Under the pieces are notes generated by a model. The model searched no databases. It had not been told where the DNA came from and saw only the letters and a list, made by a program, of their open reading frames with translations. Made by a program: the position numbers and the translations under genes. This document shows positions 1-12,927 of a stretch of DNA of 64,000 nt, in pieces; position 1 is the first letter of the stretch; each line of letters starts with the position of its first letter. The stretch lies in NCBI RefSeq assembly GCF_036321535.1, contig NC_087437.1, positions 85,934,001 to 85,998,000 of the forward strand, in the 5' to 3' direction. This DNA comes from Camelus dromedarius. Its lineage: Eukaryota.

Positions 1-1456
1 ATCATTATATTGATACAACATATGTAAAAATTATTATGAGAATAATATAAATATAAGTTGTAATAACTTAACTCAAATGCCAGTGCATCATGCATGAGTG
101 CATATGACTTACGAGACCAATGTTGTACAGATTCAATTCAGCTTACTTCTCAAAGACATAAGAATGTAAGTATATTTGCATGAATCAATACATAAATTAA
201 TTCAAACAATAATAGAAAAAGTGTATAAAGAATGAGTTAAATAATGGATGAAATAAACAAATTTCTGATTACTCTTCACCTGATGTTCATGATGACTCAC
301 TAAACTTGCCTCTTATACCAGAGAAATGTTTTTTATAAAATATACCATTTTTTTAAATAAATAGGTAAAATAAATAGTTTCCATTGAATAGTATCAAATA
401 GAAATAAGGAGTCTGATTCAAGAGAACTTAAAGCAAATACAATATTTCCCTTTAAAAAATTCAAAATCCTTTGTATTTTGTAAGATGCTTCATAAGTATT
501 CGTAAGTGGATTTGAACATCACTTGCCACAAGCACAATTAGGGTGCTTAGAGTCAAATCAGAAATATAAATTGTGTAAGAAATTCATAAGGGGAAAAACA
601 ACAACAACCCTGAAAGCTCTTCTCTTATTTATCTCAAGAAAAGGTGGAATCAGCTTTGAAGAACTTTATTGTTGTGTCTATTTTTCTTTGAAACTCTTTG
701 AAAAATTATTTAAGCTTGTCAAGGACTGCCTTCATCTTAGTCTTTCATTTGAAGAATATCTTAGTGCAGTATGGTGCTGAGGAAAGTGATAAACTGGGGA
801 AATATAAAGTTCTAGAAGGACATGGCTAAATGCTATCTGTTCTACAAAATGGGGATTGGAAGCAGGTAGGGCTTGTGAGGAACTCTGCAGCTTCATGTGC
901 ATCTCTGCCTATGGTTTCTTTCTTCATGCCACCCTGAGTGGTCAAGTTGACCACTGGTGGTCAAGAGATTGGCTATCATATCATAAGCGAATTGAGAGCA
1001 GATGATTTCTCATCGCTGTCAATCATATCATCTTTGCTTTCCTCGTCTTTATCTTCACCTATGAAATTTAAGTGTGCTTTTTTGTGTAAGAAGAAATAAA
1101 TAAATGTTCAATGAGAGCCTCTGCCTTACCTTAGTTGATTTAGAGATTAAACAACCCAGGGTTAAAGTGAGAAGGGGCAGGATGACCTCTAAACTCTGCC
1201 AGGAGTCATCCCTTTAAATATATTTTCTCTTCTCAAATATGTAATTGGAGGAATGGCAACTGTTAGTACATAAGAGCAATGGTACCCTTTAGGATTGCCA
1301 ATTCTGTATTTACCCTTTCTCTTTATCAGCTGTGTAGGAATACAGAAAAGTAAACTCAGCAGTGTCTTTCCTTGGCTTAGGAGTAACCAGACATTTTCTG
1401 GAAACAATAAAATTTGGATACACATAAACATAAACCTAAGGATATTAAGACATTTA

Positions 1457-1614
1457 TCCTACAGTAGAGCCCAGGAACCTATATTCAGTACTTGTAATGG
1501 CATATAATGAAAAGGAATATATATATATATATATGAATCAGTATGCTGTACACCAGAAATTAACACAACATTGTAAATCAACTATACTTCAACAAAAACG
1601 TCAAACAAACAAAA
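1457..1614 (+). mobile_element. LINE-1 extreme 3' end fragment
   Basis: Has the terminal motif tatgctgtacaccagaaattaacacaacattgtaaatcaactatacttcaa followed by an A-rich tail, matching the ends of the longer L1 copies in this window (3650-3710, 10855-10908, 57145-57200). Confidence 0.8.
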
Positions 1615-1732
1615 GACAGTTTACAATTTTAAAAAAGTTAAGACACCTAAAATTTCTTTGAGAATGTTCATCATACACAATGGATCTACTTACTACAGTA
1701 GTGAATGCTCAACTTAAGAATGATAAATTCCC

Positions 1733-3402
1733 TCCACACAAAAACTACTAGAACTAATAAAAGAATTCAGCAAGGTAGCAAGATACAAGATTAATGTGCA
1801 AAAATCAGTTGCATTTCTTTACACTAATGATAAGTCAACAAGAAAAAAAAGTAAAGAAACAATCCCTTTTAAAATAGCACCCAAAGTAATAAAATGCCTA
1901 GGAATAAACATAAACAAGGATGAAAGACTTACACTTGGAGAACTACAAAACATTAATTAAGGAAATTAAAGAAGACTAAAAAAAATAGAAAGATATCCCA
2001 TGCTCCTGGATTGAAAGAATCAATATTGTTAAAATGGTCACACTGCCCAAGGCAATCTACAGATTTCATGCAATCCCTATCAAATTACCCAGGACATATT
2101 TCACAGAACTAGAACAAATCATAATAAAATTTATATGGAACAACAAAAGACCTAGAATTGCCAAAGCATTACTAAAGAAAAAGTAAGAGGCTAGAGGAAT
2201 AACTCTCCCAGACTTCAGACAATACTATACAGCTACAGTCATCAAGACAGCATGGTATTGGTACAAAAACAGACATATAGACCAATGGAACAGAATAGAG
2301 AGCCCAGAAATGAACCCACAAACTTTTGGTCAACTAATCTTCGACAAAGGAGGCAGGAATATACAATGGAATAAAGACAGTCTCTTCAGCAAATGGTGTT
2401 GGGAAAACTGGACAGCAGCATGTAAAACAATGAAGCTAGAACACTCCCTTACACCATACACAAAAATCAACTCAAGATGGATCAAAGACTTAAACATAAG
2501 ACAAGACACCATAAAACTCCTAGAAGAAAACATAGGCAAAACATTATCTCACATACATCTCAGCAATGTTCTCCTAGAGCAGTCTACCCAAGAAATAGAA
2601 ATAAAAGCCAAAATAAACAAATGGGACCCAATTAAACTTACAAGCTTTTGCACAGCAAAGGAAACCATAAGCAAAACAAAACAACAACCTACAGAATGGG
2701 AGAAAATATTTGCAAAAGATGAGACTGACAAAGGCTTGATTCCAGAATATATAAACAGCTCATATGACTTAATAAGAAAAAAACAAACAACCCAACCCAA
2801 AAATGGGCAGAAGACCTAAACAAGCAATTCTCCAATGAAGACATACAAATGACCATTAGGCACATGAAAAACTGCTCAATATCACTAATTATCAGAGAAA
2901 TGCAAATCAAAACTACAAACACCAGTAAGAATGGACATCATTCAAAGTCCACAAATGATAAATGATAAATGCTGGAGAGGGTGTGGAGAAAAGGAAATCC
3001 TCCTACACTGCTGGTGGGAATGCAATTTGGTGCAGTCATTGTGGAAAAAAGTATGGAGATTCCTCCAAAGACTAAAAATAGACTTACCATATGATCCAGC
3101 AATCCCACTCCTGGGCATATATCCAGAGGGAACTTTAATTCAAAAGACATCTGCACCCCAGTGTTCATAGCAGCACTATTTACAATAGCCAAGACATGGA
3201 GACAACCTAAATGTCCTTCAACAGATGACTGGATAAAGAAGATATGTTATATTTATACAATGGAATATTACTCAGCCATAAAAATAATAAAATAATGCCA
3301 TTTGCAACAACACAGATGGGCCTGGAGAATGTCATTCTAAGTGAAGCAAGCCAGAAAGAGAAAGAAAAATATCATATGATATTACTTATATGTGGAATCT
3401 AA
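1733..3402 (+). pseudogene. Disrupted LINE-1 ORF2 C-terminal portion
   Basis: ORF 2310-2819 (GQLIFDKG...[11 protein letters not shown]...[16 protein letters not shown]) and ORF 2931-3170 (CWRGC-x7-HCWWEC zinc knuckle, [14 protein letters not shown]) are L1 ORF2 motifs. The frame is broken by stops, frameshifts, a deletion near 2918 and a 7-bp duplication near 2953-2966. The ORF2 stop follows tgtggaatc at 3400-3402. Confidence 0.92.
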
Positions 3403-3720
3403 AAAAAAAGACCAATGAACTTATATATAAAACAGAAAGAGACTCACAGACATAGAATACAGACTTGTGGTTGCCAGGGGGGAGAGGGGTGGGAAGGGAT
3501 AAACTGGGAGTTGGAGATTTGCAAATACTGACTGGTATATATAAAATACATAAACAAGTGTATACTGTATAGCACAGGGAACTATATTCAATATCTTGTA
3601 GTAGGTTATAGTGAAAATGAATACATGTATGTTCATGTATAACTGAAGCAATGTGCCGTACAGCAGAAATTGACACAACATTGTAAACTGATTATACCCT
3701 AATAAAAAAAAATTAGAAAA
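1733..3720 (+). mobile_element. 5'-truncated LINE-1 (camelid-type 3' UTR), ~2 kb, with target-site duplication
   Basis: ORF2 3' region, then 3' UTR, then AATAAA and A tail. TSD aagaatgataaattccc (1716-1732) vs aagaataacaaattccc (3721-3737) is 15/17 identical and is preceded by TT, giving a TT|AAGA endonuclease-type site. Confidence 0.95.
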
Positions 3721-4472
3721 AAGAATAACAAATTCCCCAAACATAATAATATTGAGTTTAAATCAGACCTCAATATAAAAAAAAACATTTTTGGCATGTA
3801 TTAATTGCCAGGCATATAAGGGATACTTAAAATTATTTATGCCAATATCCCTCTCATAAAGGAGTCAGTAAAGGGTATAGCAGGAAAAAAATGACCATGT
3901 CAGAGAACTATATAGTCTTTATCCTTTACATACTCTTTCCTTGACTGTCTTTTTCATGTGTGTGTGGCTGATAATTCATTCGTGCCTTTTGGTTGTATGC
4001 AACGCTCCTTTGTTACATAACTAGGACTTTATAGCCCTGATTGCAGCTTCTTACAGAATCACCTTTCCTTTTTTCAGCAATTTTTCCTTCTTTGAGATGT
4101 CCCTGCACTCTTCTCCTCCTATCTATACTGCAAGCCAGCATATGATGCTCTCTGCAAATGTTTGGCTCTATGACTAAATCTTCCCCCTGTACTCACTAGA
4201 AATACACTCTGTCTCACTTAGATCTACTTTCACAGAATTAAATTTTATCCCCTTATGTTGCTGTTATGCATTCTGAGCTCACAGCTTTTTCTTTATGGAT
4301 TTGTCTGTCTTGGCACCAAAACAGCATCTTTGAGTCTATGTCAGGCTACTTTATCTACACTGGTACCTCCCTCCCACTACCCTACCAACCTGACCATTCA
4401 GGTCATTCGTTTATCTGAAAACATTTTCCCATTCTTTTCCCACATAAGGAAAAGAACTATTTACTTTCTGGG

Positions 4473-4732
4473 TTTTTTTTTTTTATTGAAGTATAGCCAG
4501 TTTACAATGTTGTGTCAATTTCTGGTGTACAACACAATGCTTCAGTCATATAGGAACATACATATATTCGTTTTTATATTCTTTTTCACTGTAAGTTACT
4601 ACAAGGTATTATATATATAGTTCCCTGTGCTATAGTTCCCTGTGCTATATAGTATAAACTTGTCTATCTATTTTATATATATTAGTTAGTATTTGCAAAT
4701 CTTGAACTCCCAATTTATCCCTTCCCACCCCC
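4473..4732 (-). mobile_element. LINE-1 3' UTR fragment (same young family)
   Basis: Poly-T followed by the reverse complement of the L1 3' end (ttattgaagtatagccagtttacaatgttgtgtcaatttctggtgtac...aatttatcccttcccacc). Possible TSD aagaact at 4452-4458 and 4733-4739. Internal 15-bp tandem duplication at 4617-4646. Confidence 0.92.
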
Positions 4733-5228
4733 AAGAACTTTCAAATGAAGCAAAATCATTTTAGACTAAGAAAACTGGCCTTCACATTCACTGTTACCAG
4801 AAGGGCCATCACATAAGGAACGGATATTTTCAAGTATATTTTTCTAACTACATGACAAATTTAAGGTAAAATACTTTCTCTGAATCCTTCAGCACTGGCA
4901 AAACTGATTTTTTCTTACAAATGTTTGCAACTCACTACAGGTGACTTACAAAAGCACAGCATGCCCTGCTGTCTTATGGTAACTGTACAATAGGGCACAT
5001 TTCAAAGGATCTGGATTTTAATCACATGTCCAAAGGTTTGCTTCCTTGAGGAGTTTTTTTTTTAATGTCATAACCTCAATAAAACAGAGGTTGAAACAAT
5101 ATGAAGATTTCTCTCCTTGAATAATGCTTCTGATCAGGGCAACACTTGACACTTTTGTCTGATAAGGCATTCTATAAGAAGAGAATTAGCTTTCTATGGA
5201 TGATAACTTCCAAGGTGTTCATTTTGTT

Positions 5229-5648
5229 AGTCAGACAGAAAAAAACAAATACTGTGTGTTCTTACGTATGGAATCTGAAAAGGCTGAATTCATAGAAATA
5301 GAGAGCAGAATGTAGTCTCCGAGGGCTGGGGAGTAGGGAAATAGGGTCAGAGAGCACAACTTCCAGCTAGGAGATGAATACATTCTGGGGATCTAAGGTA
5401 CAGTGTGGTGACTATAGTTAACAATACTGTATCGTACACTTGAACACTGCTACATTTAAGTAGATCATAAGTGTTATTATCACACACAAAAAATCGTAAT
5501 TATGTTAGATGAAGGATGTGTTAACTAACCTTATATGGTCACCATTTCACAACATATACGCATATGAAATCACCATGCTGTATACCCTAAACTTACAAAA
5601 TGCCATATGTCAATTTTATCTCAATAAAGCTGAAGGAAAAAAGAAAAA
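5229..5648 (+). mobile_element. Older LINE-1 3' end (L1MA9-like)
   Basis: Motifs gtacagtgtggtgactatagttaacaatactgtat and tgtataccctaaacttacaaaatgccatatgtcaattttatctcaataaagctg resemble the recalled L1MA8-10 3' UTR. AATAAA at 5623-5628. Confidence 0.8.
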
Positions 5649-5869
5649 TTCACTCAGCACCATAGCTGTTTGCAAAAAAAACCACTCTTAAATTAATAAC
5701 CTTATAGACAAAGTGAAATGCTGAAGTCATCTTTATTTGTTTGGCTCAATTCTTCCAAACATTACCTGTAGGCATTTGATAATACTTGCTTGATTTTTTA
5801 ATGTGCATTTTGGTAGCATTCTACATGTTTAAAGTGATATTACATGCAATTTTTATTTATTTTTTTGTG

Positions 5870-6050
5870 CCACTGTGAGGTTGTAGAACCAGCACTGTTA
5901 CCTCTTTTGAGGAACGAAGACACTCAGGCTAAGAGAAGCTATAAGAGCTTAGGTGGCTTGACCAAACTGACACAGATACATTCATCAGTGTTGGCAAGAG
6001 AACTAGATTCCAGGTTTACAAAAGACTCAGTCTCTCAATAAACCACTCTG
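5870..6050 (-). mobile_element. Degenerate MIR SINE
   Basis: Weak match to the reverse-complemented MIR core (gaagacactcaggct...gtggcttgaccaaactgacacag...gattccagg). Confidence 0.45.
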
Positions 6051-6489
6051 TAATTCTCAAAATTGATGCATTAACAGAGAATTACTAAATTCTCACTATG
6101 CATTTAGGAATTATGCTGAATTATTAAGTTCTTATGGTATATTAAGTATTATGCTAAAAGTGAACAAGAAAAATTATACTCAATGATAATATAGTGTATA
6201 AGCACTGAGAAAAGTGTCCTTAACATTACTTACTTCCTAAGGGGAGTTAGGAAAGTCTTCAAAGAGGAAAGGATGCTTTCGCTAACTCATGAAAGATAAT
6301 TACACATTTACCCGGTGGTATTTTTGGTACACAGCCAGAAAGGGACAGTCCAGAAAGATAATATTTAAGAACAGCAACCACAAAAAAAGATGGTTGATAC
6401 TCATTTGTTTGATGTAGCTGAAATCCAGGCATGTGAAGTGGTTAGAGTTGGGGGTAGAAGAGTAGAGATGGTGAGGGATGGTCACCTCC

Positions 6490-6887
6490 CGTCGAATCTG
6501 GACAGATTCCATGATCACATGACCAACAGAGTATGATGGAAGTTGATGCTTTGCAGGCTTCCAGGCCTGGTCTTTAAGAAGTTAGCAGCTTGCACTCCCT
6601 GTTTCTGCTTGCTCCCAGAACACAGCCACCACGCTGTAAGGAAACTCACAATCCTGTGGAGAGAAGCCCAATCTGGGCTTCCAGCCAACGACCAACACCA
6701 ATTTCCCAACCATGCAAAGGAGCCACTTGAAAGTGGCTCAGCCTCCATCTAAGCCTCCCAGCGACCCTGCATGGAGCAGAGATGAGCAATAAACTGCAGA
6801 TTTATGAGGAAAATAAGTAACTGTTGTTGTTTTAAGCCACGAGGGTTGGTTGGGGTAGTTTGTGTGCAGCCACAGATGACTGGAATG
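6490..6887 (+). mobile_element. MaLR solo LTR (MLT1G/H-like)
   Basis: Motifs cagccaccacgctgtaaggaa and gagcagagatgagc, plus the terminal tgttgttttaagccac...gtagtttgt...gatgactggaa typical of MLT1 LTRs. Confidence 0.75.
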
Positions 6888-8039
6888 TGGGGAATTCATG
6901 ATCAGACTTACAGAAAGAATTCAGATGTGTGACGATGGATTGGCTACTTCATCTGATTAGATGGAGAGATGACTGAGCAGGTGAAAATGATTAAATGTTC
7001 CACTAAATCAAATGACAATCATATTTTTGAGCCTAGAAGATGCATGGATTTTAACAATTCCTGAAAGCATCATCACTTTAGGAACGCTCCATATTAACCT
7101 AAGTTGAGGATGTGCTGTAAAGTAAGATTCACACTCTAAAACTGCTTTGCCATTATTGAATGTTCTTATTATGACAGAAAAAAACAAATTAATGCCCTAA
7201 ACACAGGAAAGTGACCCCAGAATATGAAAACTTACTCTCCCTCAGAGAGGCTGTTAAAATTTAAAAGTATCTTTAAAATCTCAGAACAGATGCAAAAGCT
7301 ATTTGAGAGCTTCCTGAAATACCCATTATATATGATTGTTTTTAATTCTGAGTTCCCCAAGATTACACATTTTCACTATAATGCGTAGCCCTTGGTTACA
7401 ACACCTGAATTTCCTTTAGAACTATAATACCTTGGCTTACCCCATTGCTATCTTACCTTTTTTTTTTTCTTTTTGAAAACACTTGTGAGATTGGTTGGGT
7501 TTTTTGGTTTGTTCCGTGTTTTATTTATACATGGTCCCTTCATATATATAAGTGGTGGCTTAGTAAAAGTTTATCATCCTTATAATTACTATTTTTCTCC
7601 ATAATTACAGGGTTGAAATTGTTCCAAATATTCCTGAAACATCAGTCACCAAAGCAGAACCCTTTTCTAAATAGTATTGCTGGGCATGTATAGTGATCAT
7701 TTATTGTCACATACATTTTCTATCTTCAGGACAGATTTGACATCTGGATGCTGAAATCTATTTCACAATGAGCCTTACTGATATGGTTCTTACATTCCTA
7801 TGATGATGCATTTAATGAGAATTTTCAAAAACCAATGGCGAAGGAAAAATGATCAGTTAAGCTCTAGGTTAAAAAAGAGTTGTTTATCAGTTCACTAAGG
7901 AGCTATCTTCCGGGGCTTAGGGCGACATAAATCACACCCCACTCTGCCTCTAGGAAGTTTGCTCTGGGCTAAGAACAAAGGGTGCTGAGATAGTTACGAA
8001 ACTGTTGAATTGAGGAATATCTATATTGGGAAAAGACTG

Positions 8040-8240
8040 AATAAAAAGTTGAAATAGTAGCCACAAGTTAAAAATCGGAAGTTTCCATCTAAAAATTTGA
8101 TGCTCCAGTTTCTCTTGAAAACAGAGTAACTGGCAGGTCTGTGCCCACATTCCCCCAACGTCTCATGAGGCCACAGAGTGACTGCCCCTTTTAGAGGGGG
8201 TGCGGGAGCTCCAGGCCCCACCTCTGTCTGCTGGGGCCCC
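8040..8240. mobile_element. hAT-Charlie MITE fragment (MER102-like)
   Basis: ccagtttctcttgaaaa...ctggca...gcccacattccc...ctgccccttttagagggg resembles the recalled MER102 consensus. Confidence 0.55.
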
Positions 8241-10079
8241 CTGCCCTAAGGCAGTACATCTCACTCCCACCCATCCTCTCACCCAGACTGTTTCTTTCCT
8301 AATTGTAAATTATAAGAATGTGAAATATTTTTGTATCCAGATTTCCAGCAAAATTAAGAAAATAAAAATTAGTCGAAAAGGGCAAATACTTCCAGAAATA
8401 TTTCTTCTATTCAGGCCACTTTGTTTATTTATATTTTACATTCCTAGCCCCCATAGGAATTTGAGTTTACTCCTCCAGATTTTGGACAGTCAGGGAGAAT
8501 TATTTGAGCCAAAAGAAAACAGTTGACTTTGCTTCTCCTGGCCTGAAGGAACCTGATAATATATCAAGTTCCATTTTATTCTCTCTCAAAGAATCTACTC
8601 ACTGAGAAAGTCAATCCAACCATCCTTGCATGAGCCTTTAAGACATCTCACAAAAATAATCACTTATGGTTTTGTAGTTGCTTTACCCTCTAGACAAAGA
8701 TGTCAGTCTCAGCTCTGTACTTCTCATGTATTTTAAATACCTCCCAGCTTCAGATTTTTACTGCCCTTGGCAGTTCATTGTCTTATGGCCCATTAACCCA
8801 TTCAGCCATTCTCAAGTGTCACAATCAAAGCAAAGAGCAGACAGTGATGTTTCTAACTCGCAAAATATCTTATTCCTGCCTCCAACTGTAGGTCTCAAGT
8901 TTCTTCTAATAGGCTCCTTATTCAAAGACAGCAATGCAGCAAATACTCTAAAAGACACAATTCTTCCTGTTGTTTAATAAAATGGATTTTGAAGTGGATT
9001 ATTCAGGTAAATGCCTCAACTTTTAATTTGTTTTGTCTTTCTTGGTAAAATTACTCTTTTAAACCTTGGGTGGAGGTGGGGATATAGAGCCTTGTGTTGT
9101 ATCAAGAAGCGATGGAACCTCACCAATCCAACGTCAGTGGTGACAAGTGCCTCTGCTCCTTGTGGCTGACTGTGCTGAGTGTGGTCTTGCGAAAGCAAAA
9201 GGCCCTGAGAAGTGCCATCTATAATGAGGTGATTTCAGTAATTTTAAAAAGTAAACAAGCCCCACGATTAAAATAGATATATGTATGGATAGATCTAGAC
9301 ACGGATATATGTACAGATCTAGAAACATATAGAGATTTCCAGACACAGAAGAACCAGAAGAGAGTATTAACAGGCAACCAACAAAAGCCCGAGCAGTGAT
9401 TAAGCTGTTTTCAGTTTGGGGCTGCACTGTTTGGTAATTAACATCTGTTTCCAAACTGCATAGGTAGAGGCAAGTTAATAGCATTGCTTCTGAGGCCTTA
9501 TCTGGTTTCTTTTCTCTGTAGAAGTCATTCTGGTTTCTAGGCCCGGAGGCAGAAGAGAAATTGGCACCTGTTTCTGAATCTCCATTGAAGCTTAAAATGG
9601 AAAATAATAGCCTAATTAAATGAAAGGATTTTCCTCCTGTCCCAGAGCTGCTGGGAAGAATGCAAACCATTCATTGGAGTGTTCAAGTTTCTGTGCAGCA
9701 GAACAGATGATGGATAAAAGTTCAGGTGCTCTGTAATTAGCACTGGGCAAGTGCTTCTGGCAGGCCTCCAATGCCCAAAGACACAGCATTGCTATGGTCT
9801 GCCAAATTGTGTCCTTAGGAAACCTCATTTTCCATCCTTTCAAAAGTCTTAATTGTAATTGCCGTGCTCCAAGACAAAATGAAAGAATAATCTGCATTCT
9901 CACAGTGTACATTTCCAGAGGGGTTCCCCTCCAGGTGTGTCAAGAAGTCAGCTCTAATTCTTCCCAAATCATTGAGGGCAGCAGTGATTCCCATACAAAA
10001 TGCATGAAATGCACCACCCTGTCATTATTTATCAAGGAAATACTGTGGATCATTCAATTCAGAATCATGTAGGGAAGAG

Positions 10080-10185
10080 GATGGGTTAAAATGCAGATGC
10101 CTAGATCCCAGACCAAACCACAAAATCAAAATCTTTCAGGTTGGAATTCAGAATGAGTATTTTTAGAAAGTTATATGATTCTTCA
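10080..10185. mobile_element. MER5-like hAT fragment
   Basis: ttaaaatgcagatgcctagatccc...aatcaaaatct...gaatgagtattttta...tgattct follows the MER5A pattern. Confidence 0.5.
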
Positions 10186-10246
10186 TTTTAAAATTGGAAT
10201 CCTACTGATCCTAGTTTGCTTTTGTCCTTTGGTAAGAATGTATTGA

Positions 10247-10908
10247 AAACTAAAAATAGACTTACCATATATGATCCAGCAATCCCACTCCTGGGTATAT
10301 ATTCAGAGAGAACTCTAATTTGAAAAGATACATGCACCCCAATGTTCACAGAAGCACTATTTACAATAGCCAAGACAGGGAAACAACCTAAATGTTCATC
10401 GACAGATGACTGGATAAAGAAGCTGTAGTATATTTATACAATGGAATACTTCTCAGCCATAAAAAAGGATAAAATAATGCCACTTGCAGAAACATGGATG
10501 GACCTGGATATCATCATTCTAAGTGAAGTAAGCCAGAAAGAGAAAGAAAAATTATGATATCACTTATATGCGGAATCTAAAAAAATAAAAAAGAAGACAG
10601 TAATGAATTTATCTACAAAACAGAAATAGAATAACAGACATAGTAAACAAACTTATGGCTACCAGGTGGAAAGAGGTTGGGAAGGGATAAATTGGAAGTT
10701 CACGATTTGCAAATATTAACTACTCTATATAGAATAGATAAACAACAAGTTTCTTCTGTAGAGCACAGGAAACTATATTCAAAATCTTGTAGTAACCTAT
10801 AATGAAAAAGAATATGAAAACAAATATATGTATGTGTATGTAGGACTGAAACATTATGCTGTACACAGAAATTGACATACTGTAAACTGACTATGCTTCA
10901 ATTAAAAA
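10247..10908 (+). mobile_element. 5'-truncated LINE-1 (ORF2 end plus 3' UTR) with TSD
   Basis: Collinear with 3070-3710. TSD aagaatgtattga (10234-10246) vs aagaatatattga (10909-10921), 12/13 identical. Confidence 0.95.
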
Positions 10909-11649
10909 AAGAATATATTGAGCATTTATAAATATTGTTTATTAGTAGTAAGGTCATGAATAATTTACACTTTCATCAAATCTACAGCCTTTTAAGATAT
11001 AAAATAAGTAAATAAGCAAATCTATCATTACAAATGTTGATCATCTCTGTGAAGAAAAGAAGGATGCATCAAAAAGAGTAAACAGAAGTCAGGAAACCAG
11101 TTAAGTAGATTGATGAGAACCCTTTATGAAGAGTCCTCTTCTCCCCTAGAAAAAGTAAGAATTTTCTGTAATATGTCAAAACCCTGGCTCCCTACTACGG
11201 CCTTGGGAAAACGTAAAGCCAGTTCTAAGGAGGTTAGGGATAATACAGCTTTGTGTGTACAGATGTCTGTGAATATCCTACTATACTTGATCCTCATAGC
11301 AAGCCTCTGAGGTCATCAAAACAAATACTATCACCCATATTTGCAGAAGAGGAAAACTGTGGCAACACAGTTTAATCTGAAACAAGAAGACTTCACAGAT
11401 GAAGAGGGAGAATTCAACAGAGACCCAAAGAAGAAGGTGGTCCAGGCCATCTCAGAAATGTATTCCCACTGAAGAAACAGTAAACTTAATGGAGTGGAAT
11501 GCCTTCTGCCCACGGCATTATCACTGACTTCCAAAATTCCTTTCCCTTTCTCTAGTCATGTGATAACAGTTTATCAACACTCCAATTTTAGAAACTGCCC
11601 TGAATTTGATTTATTCTTAACCTTGTATTAGAAGGAGGAGACTGTACTA

Positions 11650-12160
11650 GGTCTTGATTAGTACATAGTCCCATCTCTCATAGAATTTACAAACTTATGG
11701 ATGAGAGAAAGATACAATGGTTATATATAATGTAACCTCAAACTAAGTAAGTACTAAGTAAAATATTTGGTATAATTCAATTATTCAACAAATACTTAAT
11801 AAATATCTACTGTATGAGAGAAGCTCTTATGACATGTGAACTGAGCGAAACATTTTTAAGCAGGTGATAGTCAAACTATGCTTTTAATTCTAAAAAGGAG
11901 ATAGATGGGTGGAAAATTAGAAGGAAGAGATTCCATGCAAAGGGCAGAACACTACAAAATTAAAGAGTGATAAATCATACAATATGTAGGAAAAATGTAA
12001 ATATGAATCTGTTTAGAGCTTGCAAAATGATGTAGTAGAAGAAGGAAATGGAACGTTTGAGATTAGATCAGATAAAAGTCCTTACTGATTTGGTAAGCAT
12101 TTAAGACTTTATTCCAAGGCAATAGGAAGCCATCGTAAGTTTTAAGGGTGAAAAAATGCA
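11650..12160 (-). mobile_element. LINE-2 fragments
   Basis: ttattcaacaaatacttaataaatatctactgt, attccatgcaaagggcag and gactttattccaaggcaataggaagccat...aagttttaag are antisense L2 3'-region motifs. Confidence 0.6.
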
Positions 12161-12907
12161 CTTCAATCATAATTAATGAGGAAACATACCTGAATTTCAA
12201 AAAGACATAGAAGGAATCTAATACCTCATTTTTCTCTTTGGTTTTATAATTCTTTAGTGTTACATACATCACTATACACAATATACGTCCCTAAAATTAC
12301 AAAATGTTTAAAAATAGACATTTATAATTCTCTTTGAAAATCACACTTTGTTAGTAACATTGTTTTTTGCTACATGGTCCTTATTTCCTTTCTAAAGGAG
12401 GCAAGCAGAGCGGTTTGGAAGTCTTATCTTAAGCATGCCACTCATCTTACCTGGACAAGCAGTGTGATTTATCCATACTTAGCATAATGCCTGGCACATA
12501 ACATTGATATTTAATAAATGAGTGAGCAAAAAAATGTTACATCACAGTTTAGTATAACCAAGCTTGGAACTCTGATATTCTCAATTATTTTACACATAGG
12601 TTTTCTTATAGTCTCCTGGGCATGCTGTTTACAAATAGGATGAATCTTCATCAGATTACATCCTGTAAATAACGCCTCACTTAAATACAGTTCATCTGAA
12701 AATAGAAGGATAAACTGAGAAAGTGTTCAATGTGCCTTTCCTCCCAATCTTGCTAAAGATAGACAGATAGACAGACAGACATATATACACAAATACATAT
12801 AAACACATGCACATATATATATACATAATTTCCACTTCTAATTTCAGTTTGTTTAAAGAATACTAAGAATTCCTTTTAACAAAAGTTAAGATAAAACTTA
12901 CTCTTAC

Positions 12908-12927
12908 TTTGTGTCATCTTTTGCAGA
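12908..12927 (-). other. Candidate 20-nt microexon (unverified)
   Basis: Minus strand reads tacttttatttgcttttatttcag|TCTGCAAAAGATGACACAAA|gtaagagtaagt: strong acceptor and tandem donors. Confidence 0.3.

Noticed and set aside
2310..2819. 169-aa ORF as a functional gene
   Set aside because: It is a fragment of a 5'-truncated, frameshifted L1 ORF2. The antisense ORFs over L1 copies are likewise artefacts.
6663..6739. Two short hairpins (8-bp and 9-bp stems); similar ones near 15032-15059 and 24677-24696
   Set aside because: Several stems of this length are expected by chance in 64 kb of AT-rich DNA, and they are too short for pre-miRNA.
9134..9670. 178-aa minus-strand ORF
   Set aside because: No recognisable domain, it runs through a degenerate microsatellite (9274-9333), and I see no matching splice structure.
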